Origin: Entomortierella parvispora E1425
Lineage: Eukaryota > Fungi > Mortierellomycota
Assembly: GCA_020891255.1 (NCBI GenBank)
Contig: BQFW01000013.1
Span: 2,232,001 to 2,296,000, forward strand
DNA length: 64,000 nucleotides
Reading direction: 5' to 3'
Part shown: piece by piece, positions 1 through 12,404 of the stretch
Numbering within the stretch: the stretch's first letter is position 1
How the letters are laid out: the number at the start of each line of letters is the position of its first letter
Translations under genes and position numbers: made by a program
The notes under the pieces: model-generated
Databases searched by the model: none
The model's input: the letters and a program-made list of their open reading frames with translations, nothing else
Told to the model about the DNA's origin: nothing

Positions 1-720
1 CCTTAATCAGATCTTCTCTACTGATCATGGAGCCACCTTGCCCTGCATCTGCTTCCCTTCACACTCTTGCTGGCCATGACTTTATACTGCGTTGCAGACA
101 CGTTCTTGAATGTGAGGGTAATTGCCAACCAAGCTTTCTCTCTTTGTGACTCTTTGCTCATCTCCTTCGTGATAGATCGGAAGCAAGTCTACAGCGTCCG
201 ATGTACATCAACCTTGGCGCCTGAAATCATGGACGAACTAGACCAACCTCATGTGTTGCAGCGGAAGCAACCATGGTGATTCAACATTCACGTAATGAGG
301 ACAGGACGACGCCTTACCACAGACTTGCTTGCTGCCACACTCGTCTTTCTTCAAGGACGCCGTAGACTTCATAGAGGACCGTGTCGTTTGTGATGCTGTT
401 TTTCTTGGGCAGTGGCGTTCGACAGATAGGAGATTGGCAGGATACACCTCATGCTGAAGTTTGGATTCTTCGTATCGTAGATCAAATTGATCCAGCAACA
501 CCTGCTGGCCAGAATTGAGTTAGTACGGCACGTAACTCAGGATCGGCAATGTGCTGGTGGCCACCTTTGGACAAGGATTGCTTATTTACTTTGACGCACG
601 GATACTTAACATTATAGGAAGGAATTGCTCCAACAATAGGACCCGATCTTGCATCCACTCATCAGCTTGCTTCTAGTCTGTAAATTCTCAGCTACTCGAT
701 GAATATGTGAGCTGAGCATG

Positions 721-754
<34 letters not shown>

Positions 755-1639
755 CCTAGCATCGTTGCGACTTGGGCGACATACAAGGCCTCACAGGACT
801 GCCAGAATTAGTCTAGGCAGGCGTCGTGCTGGAAAATGGAGAGTTCGAATCATTTGGAAAAGTAGAAAACAAGGCACGTCTTTGTTCATCCGAGCATTTT
901 TTTGGCGATAATTGCAAAGATGGCGCAGCAGTCCTTGCAATGCTGCAGGTGCCAAGTTGTTGAAAAGATTGACTATATCTTTCTACCTGTGTAAGTATTC
1001 TTGCTCTTAGATTCTGATCAACTGTATTATTGGGTGCAATATTGGCAACCCCTCTGGACTACGCAATCTTGTTAAGGTAGACCAAGGTAGACCAAGGCAG
1101 GCGTCAAGAAGTTCATGTGGACGAAATGTTGGTGCACCGGATTGCTTCATTGAGCCCTTTTAAGATCTGGATGATGTCCCATCCTTCAATATTTGCCACA
1201 TGTGTCTACAAGGCACATATGTAAGTCTCGACCCTCTGAAGCGATCATGAAGCACATATCATTCTAATAAACAATCTACCATGTTGGATCCCTGAAATGA
1301 GAAGCAATTGACCCTTGGATACCACAGTACGATATTGTCGCGAAAAACGTTCTCAACCAAAGACAACTTTTAATTAATACTTAACAGAAAAATCGTATCA
1401 GCCTACGAGAATTTCCAGCTCTTTGCTGGCTACAAGTATGACCACCATCTCCATGGTCGAACAACGTGAAGACCGAAGGTTGATTTTCGACGGGAGAATA
1501 ACTCTTCTCGTCGTGATTACTCCACTGCTTATCGTCTTTTCATCTTGTCCTTCTTGCTTTTAGCATTCTTTCATTAAATGGAAGCTTTAGTTTCTGAGCA
1601 CGAACCACATATAGTTGTGAAAGGCCTTTTATTCAGACA

Positions 1640-4600
1640 TCACAGCTCCAACCCCTGTTTATCATGGATAGCTCTGAACGCAGATAAGATTTTCTCCTGC
1701 ACGTCACTGTCAATGTTCTCTGAGATCTCGCGTTTCTCTGTATGGATCCGCAATCTGCCGTCTTGTACTTGTAAAGATAGAACACGCCTGCAGCTATACT
1801 GAAATAGAAAGCTCTCATATACGCTCTCTATGTCATCTTTCGAGAGTTGTGGAAGAGCGACGCGTATGGAATGGGAATGTTGCTGAAGAACCTGTGAAGC
1901 ATGGATCCTGGCTGCTTTGTGTCCGTCCTTGAGTAGAGCAATGAGAAAATGTACCACTAATTCGGGTAACTCGGGTTGATTGCCCAATGCTCTTACTGCC
2001 TGAAATCTGACATGTTCATCTTCATCCTTAAGTGCGTCAACGAGGGATCCGACAGCTGATTCCGACAACGCAGATTGATTGCCCAATTCTCTTACTGCCT
2101 GAAATCTGACAACTTCATATTCATCCTTAAGTGCGTCAACGAGGGATCTGATGGCTGATTCTGGCAACTCAGATTGATTGCCCAATGCTGTTACTGCCGC
2201 AGATCTAACATACATCTCTCCATCCCTGAGTGCGCCAACGAGAGATCTGATGGCTGATTCTGGCAACTCAGATTGATTGCCCAATGCTTTTGCTGCCGCA
2301 GATCTAACATACATCTCTCCATCCCTGACTGCGTCAACGAGAAATCTGATGGCTGATTCTGGCAACTCAGATTGATTGCCCAATGCTTTTGCTGCCGCAT
2401 TTATGACATTCTTTTCTTCATCCTGAAGTGTGCCAATGAAGGATCCAAGAACTGACTCTAGCAACCCAGATCGATTCCCCAAAGCTCTTGCTGCAGCAGA
2501 TCTGGAATCCCCATATTCATCCTTGAGTGCGTCAACGAGGGATTCGACTGCTGATTCTGGCAACTCAGATTGTTTACCCAATACTCTTGCTGCCGCAGAT
2601 CTAACATACTTCTCCCCATCCCTGAGTGCGTGAACGAGAGATCCGACGGCCGACTCTGACAACTCGGATTGATTGCCCAATGCTTCTTTTGCCGCAGATC
2701 TGACACGCTCATCTCTATCCTTAATTGCGTCAACGAGGGATTCGATGGCTGATTCTGGCAACTCAGATTGTTTGCCCAGTGCTTTTGCTACCTCAGATCT
2801 GACATTCCCACTTTCGTCCTTGAGTGCATCAACGAGGGATCCGATGGCTGATTCTGGCAACTTAGATTGATTGCCCAACGCATATGCTGACGTAGATCTG
2901 ACAAACTCATATCCGTCCTTAAGTAAGTCAACGAGCGATCCGATAGCTGATTTTGGCAACAAAGATTGATTGCCCAACGCTTTTGCTGCCACATACATGT
3001 ACATGACATTCTCTTTTTCATCCTGGAGTGCGCCAACGAGGGAACCGATGGCTGATTCTGGCAACTTAGATTGATTGCCCAATGCATATGCTGACGCAGA
3101 TCTGACACTCTTATCTTCATCCTTAAGTGCGTCGATGAGGGATCCGACGGCTGATTCTGGCAACTCAGATCGACCGCCCAATGCTCTTGCTGCTGCAGAT
3201 CTGACACTCTTATCTTCATCCTTAAGTGCGTCGATGAGGGGTTTAACGGAAGTCGGCGCCGTGAACAGACTGGTGTTCAAAACCAATACAGGATTTCCGT
3301 CTTTAGCACCGATCAGGGTGATGAGAGGCCGGATGGATGTCTCTCGAGAGATTGAATGTTTGGATGACACCGATGCAGTTTCGAGCCTGACACTTGGGAC
3401 TTGATCCTTGAGAGCAGAGATCGTAGGCTGGATGGCGATCTCCGGAAACGTATACTGATTGCTGAATGCCGCCACTGATGGTAAGTGACCAAGCCAATCC
3501 CCGTCTTTGAATGCGGCGATAAGAGCCTGGATGGCGTATTCTGGAAGTACAGAACAGCCTACTAGCCCTCTTGCTGCGGCAGACCTCACATGTTTGTTTT
3601 CATCATGAAGTGCAGCGACGAAATAGTGGATGACTGATTCTGGCAGCGGAGACTGCTTGCTTAATGCTGTTGCCGCTGAAGTCCTAACATCCTCATCCTT
3701 ATCTTTCAGTGCAGCAATGAGGGCTGTGATCACTGATCCCGGCAATTGAGGGTGCTTTCCTAGTGCTGAGGCTGCCGAAGACCTCACTCTCTTATCGTTG
3801 TCGTCGAGTGAAACGACTAGGAAGGTGATGGCGTCGTCCGACATTATAGAGCGAGCCCCCAGTGTCCTTGCAAGAGTACTCCTCCACGAGCTTACAGAGC
3901 CCAGTGTATTGATCAGAGAAGCCTCAGGAAATGAGAGCTGACTGCCCAACCCACTCACGGTGTCTTTGTCATGGTCAAGTGTTTGCATCTCGAAACGAAG
4001 CCATTTTCGAAGCTCTTCGTCTACTTTCTTGGAATATTTGGAGTCCAATCGACCATGTGCCTCGTTGAAGCAGGATGCCAGTATCAGCTGATGCCGTCCT
4101 CCTATCAGATCGCGCGGCGCACCCTGCAAAATCCCAAAGAATTCCAGCAGAGCCTCTCCTTCCAACAGCCCTGCTACCATCGACCATACAATCTCATATT
4201 GAGGGTTGTATTTGTGTTGGTGAACAAAGTCGGCCAACTGATCCTTGGACATCATTTTGGCTGGGAGATATTCCTGTTTCAGGTGAAAGTGGCGAACTAT
4301 CCAGGTTGCCGCGAAATACTCCTGAAATGTCAGGTGCAAAAAATGCCAGGCTTGCTGAAAATTGGCGTTTTGAGAGCTCAAGTCTACATCGGCCGTGTGC
4401 AAAAATGATGTCTGCTTGACAATGTCAACGAGATCTTCAGGTGTAAGCGGCTGGTTGAGTGCTGAATTTTCTTGAAGCTCTCCGAACGCTTGGCGTAGGT
4501 CCTTTTCTTCGAATTCGATTTGGTGACGATTTGCCATCCCTCTGAACGCAAGATACCCAAGATGCAGCAGCTCGGTCTCCATCACATTCTCCATTTCTTT

Positions 4601-7600
4601 GGGAGAGTAACTGCGAAGCCTCTGGTCTGTCAGCAATATTTTTCCCACCTTCTTCTTGAGTCGCACTGCGTCCTTGCGGCAAAGTCTCTGCACCATCAAC
4701 TGATACAGTCCTGTCATAGTGATGCGTGAGACGTCTTTGGGAAGTGAATCCCAACTGAAGCAGATCACGTCCAGCTGCACAGGGATGTTGACAAGTCCCT
4801 GAATCAATGGTGTTCGTCGAATGAAGTTCTGAACCGATGCTGCTCCCTCAGAATCGAGCACCTTGACCACAAAGTCTTGAACATTTTGCCGACTGAATCC
4901 GACAGTTTCCAGCTCCAGATCTGTTGATTGTAATAATGAGCTATCCACACCGGAAGGTCTCGAAGTGACGACGACATATTGCTGCACAAGAAGGGTCATT
5001 AAGAACCTTCTAAAAGTGTGGCGCTCCTCGCTCTCCGTATCCGCAACAATCTCATCCATGCCGTCCAAGATGAAAAGAACTTTGCCCTGTTTAGCGCAAG
5101 TCGCAAGGGCCTCAGATAATGCCGCCTGACGTTGGTCATGATCTTCGCCGACAAAAATCTTGTCACGGAACAGAGATTCTAGAGTGGTGCCTGTAAATCC
5201 TCTGAGACTGCGCAATGGGATCCACAGTATGACATCAAACAGATTCCTCCACAGCCCATTCTGGTGGGCATGGACAAGCTTCTTGCAGAGCGTTGTTTTG
5301 CCAATGCCTGCTCGCCCTTGCACCAAAATCCGTCTAGGAACGTCCTCGACTTCATTACCACGTTTTGGTAGCTTGCGCTTGTTGAAGAGTTGCTCCAGAG
5401 GGATCACTGCATCCGTATTCGTGTTTTCAACCTTCTCAAAGCTTTGAAGCCGATGAAAGACTGCTGCCTGCTCTTTGAGATCCTCTTTTTCCTTTTGTCG
5501 ATGTGCCGGTGCTTCTACAATCGCTAGGTTGACAAAGCATGTCTCCAGATCCAGTGTGTCTCCTGAAACTCTACGGATGACGAGTTCTGGTGCGTGATAT
5601 GCCTTGAGAGCTTTGTGGATGCCATAAAGACGAGGTTTCCAAGGGTACTGGATCTGGACAGTTTTCAGCAGTGTGAACTTTGCAGTAGTGTAACCAGCTG
5701 AATCTGATGGCCGGAAACTGTTCCAAAGTGGCGATTGTATATTGAACTTTGGCTGTAATGCTGGGCTCTGTTTCTTCATTTCCTTCAGCAAAGACATGGC
5801 GCCTAGTATATTTTGATAAAGGTGAAAACCAAAAAAAAAAAAAAAAAAAACGTCAGGGATAGGGATCCTCATAGCTTGCTCCCAGAGGTTGCAACCTGTG
5901 TGTAGTGATGAAAGATTGAGAGATCGACAAACCTTCAAAGCTGGCCCCATCGTTGGTGGTCACATTGGTGAGGATGTCAAAAATGACTTGGTCAACTCCC
6001 TCTTGCCGATTCCAAAGCTCAGAATCCTTGTAGAGCTCTCCAATGAATACAATTGCCTCCTTCCGTGCTTCTAGATCCCAACGAGTGTTAGTCGCAAATC
6101 GTCCGAGTAGTTGGCAAATTCCCCATTGAAATTCGAATTGGTGTCGGTATGACGCGGTAGTGACCAGATTTCTGAACTCCACAAGCCCGCCAGCCTTGAT
6201 ACAAATCTCTGCTCTGCGAAGGGCGTCGTACCAGGCTTTCTTGAACCTAAGACCCTCCTTCATAGAGAATGTCGGATGGTCATTGTTCTTGATCGCGTTA
6301 CGGAGGTCTTTGAGCAACCTGGTACCTCCTTTGCCAGACTCGTATAGATTTTCCAGAGCCTCGAGTGAGTCCTTTATCGCCGATGGATCCAAGATGTTGG
6401 CAAAGCCTGCTACAACCTTCAACCCGGACCATACTCGTCTAAACCCCGCCTTGAGAACACTCTCATCATCTGGAACGCTCAACAGGGCCTGCGCGGCATA
6501 CTCTGCTTGGAATGTCAAATAGGGGTCCTTGCTTGACTCTAACTCTCGGAGAAGATCTTTCAATGGCCCATGGAGGGCGTCGCGATCAAGACTTCCGATA
6601 TCAGCATCTGCCATTGCATCCAGAACCTGTGAAATTGCAAGCAACAGGTGATGTCGATCTCGAGTGCTCTCTGGGTGAGTCGACTGGAGTTTCTTGAAAA
6701 GGGACTGAAGGACGACCACAAGGTCGTTTGAGCTGATAGATCCATGAGCAGCTCCTTGAATCACGTTCACCAGCCCTGCCACTAGGTGCACATGCAAATG
6801 TTGTGACTGGCAGATAGTGTCGGTGAAGGATGTGAGGAGGAGCCGAGAATACTCGCTGTCGAGCACCGGAGCCAACTGGACAACCTCCGCCACCGCAGTA
6901 GCATCCTTGGTGGCATTACTTCTGAATGTCTGGACAATCTGAACAGCTATGGTCTGCAGGCGGTCCTTCTCATCCAAGTTATTTCGAGTGCTGTGACGCC
7001 ATTGGAGAGCTTCCGGGGAGAGATCCTGTTCATGGACTGAATCCTGTAAGAGCTGGAGACCGTGGACAAGTTGATAGGTGCTCTGTAATTGCTCATCTGG
7101 ACCGGGCAGTGAACACTGAATGGGTGCAGGATATACATCCTTGGTAAAGAACTTCGTGGATCGTTGGATGCTGGTAGCTGCTGAAAGAGAGATGACAGCT
7201 GGAGGGCTGGGTAGAGGCGTCTGTCGAAAAGTGGAGGGAATATCGATGGTAGCGGCAGCGGAATCTTTGGAGCGGAATGCAATGAGGATGTAAGGCCACT
7301 AAGTAGGTGGTGCTCGTACTGCAGGCGATAAAGACAGATAAAAACATACCTGTCATAGAGATCGCATCGATGACTCTTGTCTGGTCCACTTCCTGAAAAC
7401 CCTTCAATGCGTTCAAAGATGGCAAAACAGGGACACAGGATTCCTTGTTTTTGTCTAATTCTTGACTAGAGTAGATGGCCGGTCAGTTAGAGTCGTTCAG
7501 TTGAGGTCGTTTAGCTAACGAACACCGAGTACGTTAAAGAGGAACAAGGTGGGTTCGTACCTCAAGGTATCTGCCTTTTGTCTGCACCTGGCGGCCCTCT

Positions 7601-7820
7601 CCTGTTCTCCCGATAGATCCAGCACTGCAGCAAGCTCTCGGAGTGCAACGACCTTGCCAGTCAAAGCAGCGGCATCCGCCTTCTTTTCGTCGACCTTCTC
7701 GAGGGACTTCTTGGCATTCCAGTAGTACATAAGGAGCTTGGCTTTAGAACCGCGGGCTTTCCGAGCAGATTGGATATAGCCGCCTGCCTTGTCCAAGGCT
7801 CTTTGGTCTTCGTCTGTCAT
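1640..7820 (-). CDS. NLR-like STAND protein NLR1: N-terminal helical (TPR-like) domain, Pro/Ser linker, ARM-like domain, NACHT NTPase, HEAT repeats; about 1956 aa from 4 exons (7820-7561, 7465-7350, 7264-5933, 5802-1640)
   Basis: Walker A GRAGIGKTT, Walker B LFILDGMDE and the NACHT-associated FLHLTFQEYFAA motif lie in ORF 1640..5950. The ARM-like ORF 5853..6977 joins it through GT-AG intron 5932-5803. Two more GT-AG introns (7560-7466, 7349-7265) link the MTDEDQ.. exon. Exon lengths sum to 5871 nt, a multiple of 3, with no internal stop. Confidence 0.9.
1985..3240 (-). repeat. Tandem array of 13 high-identity 93-bp (31-aa) HEAT-like repeats in the NLR1 C-terminus
   Basis: The repeated unit L(V/I)DALKDxxxxVRxxAAxALGNQSELPESA(I/V)xS is visible in both protein and DNA (gattgattgcccaatgc.. 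recurs about every 93 bp). Confidence 0.95.
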
Positions 7821-8249
7821 GTTGATCTTATTGAATACAGAAGTATGCATCAGTTTTTGTTTTTTATTTGATGCGCAGAGGAAACAGCACGTTGGGGATT
7901 GTTGTATACCTGGGTGTTCACAGGAGGAGTACAGAACTGAGGAAGTGAAGAACGGAACAAAAGAACAAAATGAGGAAAGAAAAGAAAAGAAAAGAAAGAA
8001 AAAGAGAGCCATGCATTGCCACACCCACACCCAAAAAAATATCTTCCCACCCGCATAATCTCCCTGTTGCTCACAGGGATGCACGCCAGGGCGAACGGCC
8101 ACTTGTGCGATGCTTTGCCTTTTTCACTCTACCTTGATGCAATCTGAATGCCGGGCAAGCACGAAAGGAGGAGCCTGCAGTCTGCGTCAGGTCAGGGTGG
8201 ATCACAGAGAGAAAGGAAAAGAGAAAAAGAGAAAAAGAGGAAAGAAACG

Positions 8250-10166
8250 CCTGCAGCACGTGCGATGAAATCCGTCTTCCGCGTCTCTTTCCTTCCCCCT
8301 CTCCCTCTCGAACGCGAACTCGCGCACTTCTCTTCGCTCCCGCAAGAGCACAAATGACGTCCAGCTGTTGGGGCTTGCACAGTTTTATCAAGCGATTTTC
8401 CTCCCTCTTTCCTCCCTCTTTCCTCCCTCTTTCCTCCCTCTTTCCTCCCTCCTCGCCAACAACACCCCCCTCACATGCACCGACCAACACTACTCTGCAT
8501 TCCCCCAGCTCAAACGCGCCATCTGCTCCGCCCCCCTTCCCCGACCATCGTTGACACGGATGCATCTGGTTTCGCCATAGGCGCAGCACTGCTCCAGGTG
8601 GGTGGACCGCAATGGTGACTCTCATCCACTTGCATTCACTTCCAGAAAAATGCAATCAGCCGAGCGGAACTACCCCATCCATGAGCAGGAGCTGTTAGCT
8701 GTCATCCATTGGTTGCGCACATGGCGCTACTACCTCGATGGAACCAGGTTCACCGTCAACACCGACCACGCCACCTTCCACCGCTTCCCCTCCCAGCCCA
8801 AACTCACTCGCCGACAGGCCGGATGGATGGAGTTGCTGCGGGAATACGACTCTGACTTCAAGTACAGTGCAAGCGAGGAGTTGACAATATCGTGCCCGAC
8901 GCCCTCTCTCGCCGACCTGACTACCGCGAACCTGACCCCGTTGAACTCCACAACCTCAGTCTGTCTCTGTTTTCCGATGTCCGCGACCAGCTTGTGCAAG
9001 ACTACGAGAACGACCCTCGCCTCGGACCATCTACAAGGATGCCTGGGAGGAAAGGTTGCCAATGGATATCGGTTCGAGAACGACCTCCTCTATTGCACTC
9101 GACGAGGAGCTACTACTCTTGCCATACCTCGGCACTCCCCCATCCGCCTCACTCTCTTGCGCGACGCCCACGACTCCGCCGCCGCTGGGCACTTTGGCGT
9201 TCAAAAGACTTACGTATTGGCCACACATCGCTGAGGACACCCAGGTCTATGTTGCCACCTGCGAAAAGTGTCAGAGGAACAAAGGATCTCAAGAGCGACC
9301 TGCGGCTCCTTCCCATGCCCTCTCAGCGCTGGGGACGTCGTCACCATGGACTTGATCGGCCCTCTTCCACCCATAGCCCGCAACTTCGACACCATCACGG
9401 TCTTTTCGACAAGCTCACCAAGCTCGCACACTTTGTCTCCAGCACCACCTCCGCCACAGCTGTCGATATCGCATGGCCGCCCCATGTCCATCATCTCTGA
9501 CCGCGACACATGATTCACCAGCAGATTCTGGCAGGAGTTGCACAAACTGTTGGATGTGAAGTTGGCTCTGTCTACAGCCTACCACCCACAGACAAATGGA
9601 CAGATGGAGGCTATGAACAAGACGCCGAAGACACTGCTACGGAGCTTCGTTGACAGCAGGCAGTCGGACTGGGACCAGTTGCTTCCTTCGCCGGAGTTTG
9701 CCTACAACAACGCAGTCAACGCTTCCACTGGTTACTCCCCTTTCTTCCTCAACACTGGCCAACATCCTCGTCTTCCAAGAGCGCTCCTCAATGTGCCGAG
9801 CAACTCAGTCCCCACTGTCGATAACTTTCTCACGGGACAGTCAACGACGCTCATCCTCGCTCAGGATGCACTACAACGCTCTCAGGATCACCAGAAGGAG
9901 CAGGCGAACAAGCGACGACGGGATCACAAGTTCACAGTCGGTGACCAGGTCTTGCTGAGTGCTGCCAACATCACGATCCCAGCTGATAGCACTGGGCTAG
10001 CTGACAAACTACGACCACACTCTTGGTCGCATGGAAAGACCACGGTAGAGAAGCAGATGAATGGGTCATTACACGGATATGGTCACAGCGTTCGAACAGC
10101 AGCACGGACCCATTTTTTAAAAAGAGGAAAGTGCAACAATACTGTAATACGGTGACATCACGCGAT
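8250..10166 (+). mobile_element. Degenerate Ty3/Gypsy fragment A (RT-RNase H linker, RNase H, integrase, PPT and start of 3' LTR), 5'-truncated and fused to a non-Ty3 leader
   Basis: Frameshifted pieces KMQSAERNYPIHEQELLAVIH, HDSAAAGHFG and STAYHPQTNGQ match the full element. PPT-like aaaaagaggaaag is followed by tgcaac..aatacggtgacatcacgcgat, which is shared with the LTR of the 35-40 kb element. Confidence 0.88.
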
Positions 10167-10299
10167 CCTCGCCTACGGAACTCTGTGGTGAGGCCCAGAG
10201 TCTTGTCCCGGAGGAGGGATCAAGCAGGACGCAATGCCTCAGGTAAACGTTGTTGGTCGCGCGTCTGTTCCAAGAATCAGCACAGATAGTCTGCCGTGC

Positions 10300-10915
10300 A
10301 TTTCAGTAATGTCTCTGCTGCAGATGCAACGGTACATACTTTCCTCCTCCTTTCTCCACCCTTACCAGATGATGAAATTCCACGCCAGGAGCCTTGCCGC
10401 CACTTTCTCACGCCTATCTTGCGGTGTTATTGCCAGGGAAGTGCTGGGAGCACTGAGGTGGACAGGATGGGGGAGACGACAGGTGAAAACGACCAGGTGC
10501 CATTTTAGTAAGAGTTGACTTGTAAATAGAATTCAGGTGGTCCTGTAATCTTGATCCTCAGAAGCTTGGATGGCGGAATATCGTCTTGACCCCTACGAAA
10601 AGTCGCCAGTATTTAATATGTCTTCACTCACGTTTTCTGAAGTTTGGTCAATGATAGGATGATCCTCTTCTATCTTCCCATCCCAGGATACTCTTCAAAT
10701 TCGGGGGATCTCTAGAAACTCCTGCTCACTAGAACTTGTGACCAGACAACGACACACCGGGTCGATGTTGGGGGTTGTGTGGCCGCGATGCATTCTCTTG
10801 GCACTACGGGCTGGACGACCGGATTCAATCTTTTCACCTACATCCAAGGATGCATCTTGTCGCTGGCACTCAAGGGCGATCAGGCTCTCTCTCAAGACCA
10901 CGTTTGGAGTGCATA
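10300..10915 (-). pseudogene. Degenerate coding fragment of unknown family, paralogous to about 32905-33200
   Basis: 10645-10915 aligns by eye with 32920-33190. One minus frame (..VKRLNPVVQP.VPRECIAATQPPTST.CVVVWS..KRIILSLTKL) is shared but interrupted by different stops in each copy. Confidence 0.4.
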
Positions 10916-10949
10916 ACAAACCAGACATCTTTTTGCCCATGACATCATC

Positions 10950-11205
10950 CCACCTGCCCTCTATCTACTTGTTTTGTTTTACTGGTCGAGTCATTGTCGG
11001 CTTCAGATCAACTTCTCACATGTAGTCCCATCTCTGCAGTGCGAGTGTTATCGGTCCGAAAATGTGTTTGCTCCGAGTCGCTGTCCGCCTGGGGGGGAGG
11101 GGTATATAAGAGCACTGCAGAGATGTGACTACATGTGAGAAGTTGATCTGAAGCCGACAATGACTCGTCCAGATGAAACAAAAAAGCAGATAGATGGCAG
11201 CAGAG
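10950..11205. repeat. Fold-back inverted repeat (56-bp core arms 10987-11042 and 11112-11167, 1 mismatch, 69-bp loop; degenerate outer arms)
   Basis: cgagtcattgtcggcttcagatcaacttctcacatgtagtc(c)catctctgcagtgc recurs as its reverse complement. The same arm sequence occurs singly at about 44490 and 58495. Confidence 0.85.
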
Positions 11206-11574
11206 CAGAGAGCTGGTTAAGAAAGGATGGAGGCGGAGTGATAGGAATAATAAAGAAGAGTGAGGGGGAGGAGCGATGAGGGAAGAGGGAAGCGATGAAA
11301 AGAGAGGAAAGAAACACGCGCGCCGGAATGAGACGCACAGGCACACAGTCATTCAGCACATGCAGCAAAGCCACCTGCTTTCCAGTTGGGCACTGCCCCG
11401 CCCCTTTCTCTGCAGAGCGACGCAAACGGTCTCGTACGGCCATTGTATCTACATGCAATCAAACAAAGAAACTGCAAAACGGGGCAGAGACAGACCAATG
11501 GAGAAGACTGAATTGGCGACAGTTGCCGGGTGACCGACATGCCCTAGACCACGCCTAGCTGCTCCATGGAAAAC

Positions 11575-11605
<31 letters not shown>

Positions 11606-12404
11606 GCGCGTGGGCTTTGCTCGGTTCCCATCCCAGGAGAACACTGCGAGAGGTCTCCTTGCAACTGAAACTTTATGCAGTCGTCAAGATGGTGGCAACG
11701 AAGATTGTTGACTGAAGTCCATAAAGGGAAAATAACCCCCTGCTGATGAGTCGTGCACCGCGCCCAGGAAATATGCATGGTGGATATGTGCTGCGCAATC
11801 AACACCGTTTCGTCTGACCCAGAACGTTGCTGACCTGTCCACGCCTGTTCACTAGACCGTCAGATCTCGATTCGAAGCATGCTACCACACATGGATCGTT
11901 TTTTCCCCGTCTTAAGTGTAAACATCTATGCATCTGTCATCTGTGAGCTTTTTGTTTGTTTGTTTGTTTGATTGTTTGTCATATTCGGGCAGTGCTTCAA
12001 AACTTTAACACGAGATATAAGGTGAGGTATACAAATAAGCATTCGCCATACTGCAGACACAAGTCTAGAGCCCGATCGGGTTGAACGAAAAAGAAAAATA
12101 GAATCTGCAAAATCCTTTCATGGCCTCGAAGGTCGTGCCTTGTCTTTGCTGCCTAGGTTGCTTGCCAGCGCTAGAGATTTCGCTAGATGACTGTGTCGAA
12201 TGGTGTTTGTGAGGTCTGAAAGGAGCATGGTTAAAGAGAAGTGCCGGTGAGAGGAGTAAAAGAATCGTAGGCACGAGTTGCCTTCAGGTACTGGACCAGT
12301 CAAACGAGAAACATAAGCAGATTTCCATTTTGGAGTGCGGCGTGTCTGCTTGTGTGTTGGGGGTCAATTGACAAAGGTACTTTAAAAATGCTTCACTTCT
12401 CCAT

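Noticed and set aside
1150-1260. Minus-strand VPCRHMW, resembling a SWIM/MULE zinc-finger end
   Set aside because: The upstream cysteines and any transposase context are missing, and the frame is full of stops.
1985-3240. Regular 93-bp repeats as a possible CRISPR-like array
   Set aside because: The repeats are in-frame HEAT coding units without unique spacers, in a eukaryotic context with no cas genes.
5803-5950. ORF-track start MGPALKVC.. for the 1436-aa ORF, and the separate 374-aa and 195-aa ORFs as independent genes
   Set aside because: That start lies mostly in an intron. The ORFs splice into one in-frame gene, with the same intron positions in NLR2.
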